NCBI GenBank assembly: GCA_013239625.1
Contig: MU054323.1
Location: forward strand, 4,861,305-4,881,304
From: Lama guanicoe
Taxonomy: Eukaryota
Reading direction: 5' to 3'
DNA length: 20,000 nucleotides
Made by a program: the position numbers and the translations under genes. Position 1 is the stretch's first letter. Each line of letters begins with the position of its first letter. Under the pieces are notes generated by a model, which was given only the letters and a program-made list of their open reading frames with translations, did no database searches and was not told the origin of the DNA. This document shows positions 19,258 to 20,000 of the stretch, in pieces.

Positions 19258-20000
19258 ATTTTTAAAAATTGAGATATAATTATCATACTGTAGTGGGTTG
19301 AATAGTGTCTCCCTAAATTCACATCCACTCCAACCCCAGAATGTGATCTTACTTGGAAATAAGGCATTTGCAGATTTTAACAAATATCTCAAGATAAAAT
19401 AATCCTGGATTTAGGCTGGGCCCTAAATTCAATGATGATGGCTTTATAACAGAAAGGAGAGGGAGATTTGACACATACATGGACACACAGGGAAGAAGGT
19501 GGCAAAGGTTAGAGTGATGCTACCATAATCAGAGAAACACCAGAGCCACCAGAAGCTGGAAGGAGTCTCCCGTAGAGCCTTCGGGGGAGGATGGCCCTAC
19601 CAGCACTTTGATTTTGGACTTTCTGCCTCCAGAATTGTGAGAAAATAAGTTTCTGTTGTTGTGGCTGTTCATAGCATCCCTGGTAAATAAATACGCATAC
19701 CAAAAAAAATCTACCCATTTAAAGTGTACAATTTAGAACGTTTTGGTGTATTCACAAATTTATGCAAAAATTTTTATCACCGCAAAAGAAACCCTGTATC
19801 CAACAGCAGCCATTCCCTATTTCCCCCTCCCCCAGCCCCTGGAAACCACTAATCTAGTTTCTGTCTGTATGGATTTGTCCAGGCTGGATATTTCATATAA
19901 ATGGAATCATTTGTATATATGGATATGCCATATTTTGTCTATCTATTCACCAGTTGATGAACATTTGGATTGTTTTCATATTTATGAAAATTGCTACTTA
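19258..20000 (-). mobile_element. L1 (L1MB-like) 3' end on the minus strand, interrupted by the MLT1 LTR; runs off the window
   Basis: 'ttgagatataattatcatac|caaaaaaaatctacccatttaaagtgtacaatt...cccccagcccctggaaaccactaatctagtttctgtctgtatggatttg...gatatttcatataaatggaatcat' matches the reverse L1MB 3' UTR. Confidence 0.92.
19289..19695 (+). mobile_element. MaLR solo LTR (MLT1B/MLT1C-like) with perfect 5-bp TSD CATAC
   Basis: Starts TGTAGTGGGTTGAATAGTG; contains 'cagaatgtgatcttacttggaaataagg', 'gccaccagaagctggaagg' and 'gcctccagaattgtgagaaaataagtttctgttg'; ends TAAATACG. CATAC at 19284-19288 and 19696-19700. Confidence 0.95.

Noticed and set aside
1..20000. CRISPR arrays, prokaryotic operons, tRNA/rRNA genes
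   Set aside because: No regularly spaced repeats, gene-dense frames or RNA-gene signatures; the sequence is mammalian non-coding DNA.

Overview
Mammalian non-coding (intronic or intergenic) DNA. It is probably from a camelid or other cetartiodactyl: two young L1 3' ends resemble camelid L1 as I recall it, and I see no ruminant, pig or primate SINEs. No intact protein-coding gene is supported; the listed ORFs are chance frames or decayed transposon frames. The window is rich in repeats. The main element is a ~3.5 kb dead class III (ERVL; ERV3-16A3/HERV16-like) provirus at ~9183-12655 with recognisable RT, integrase and dUTPase remnants and a partial LTR16-like 3' LTR. Other repeats are several L1MB/L1ME fragments, an L3/CR1 fragment, MIRs, MER20-like and Tigger/MER8-like DNA transposons, and an MLT1 LTR with an intact 5-bp TSD. 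The most interesting non-repeat items are a small CpG cluster with a ~65-nt hairpin and minus-strand splice donors (15370-15525), several minus-strand small-exon candidates, a motif-dense candidate enhancer (~4060-4335) and a probable short L1 3' transduction. I found no convincing novel biological system. Repeat family names come from recalled consensus sequences and need Dfam/RepeatMasker confirmation.
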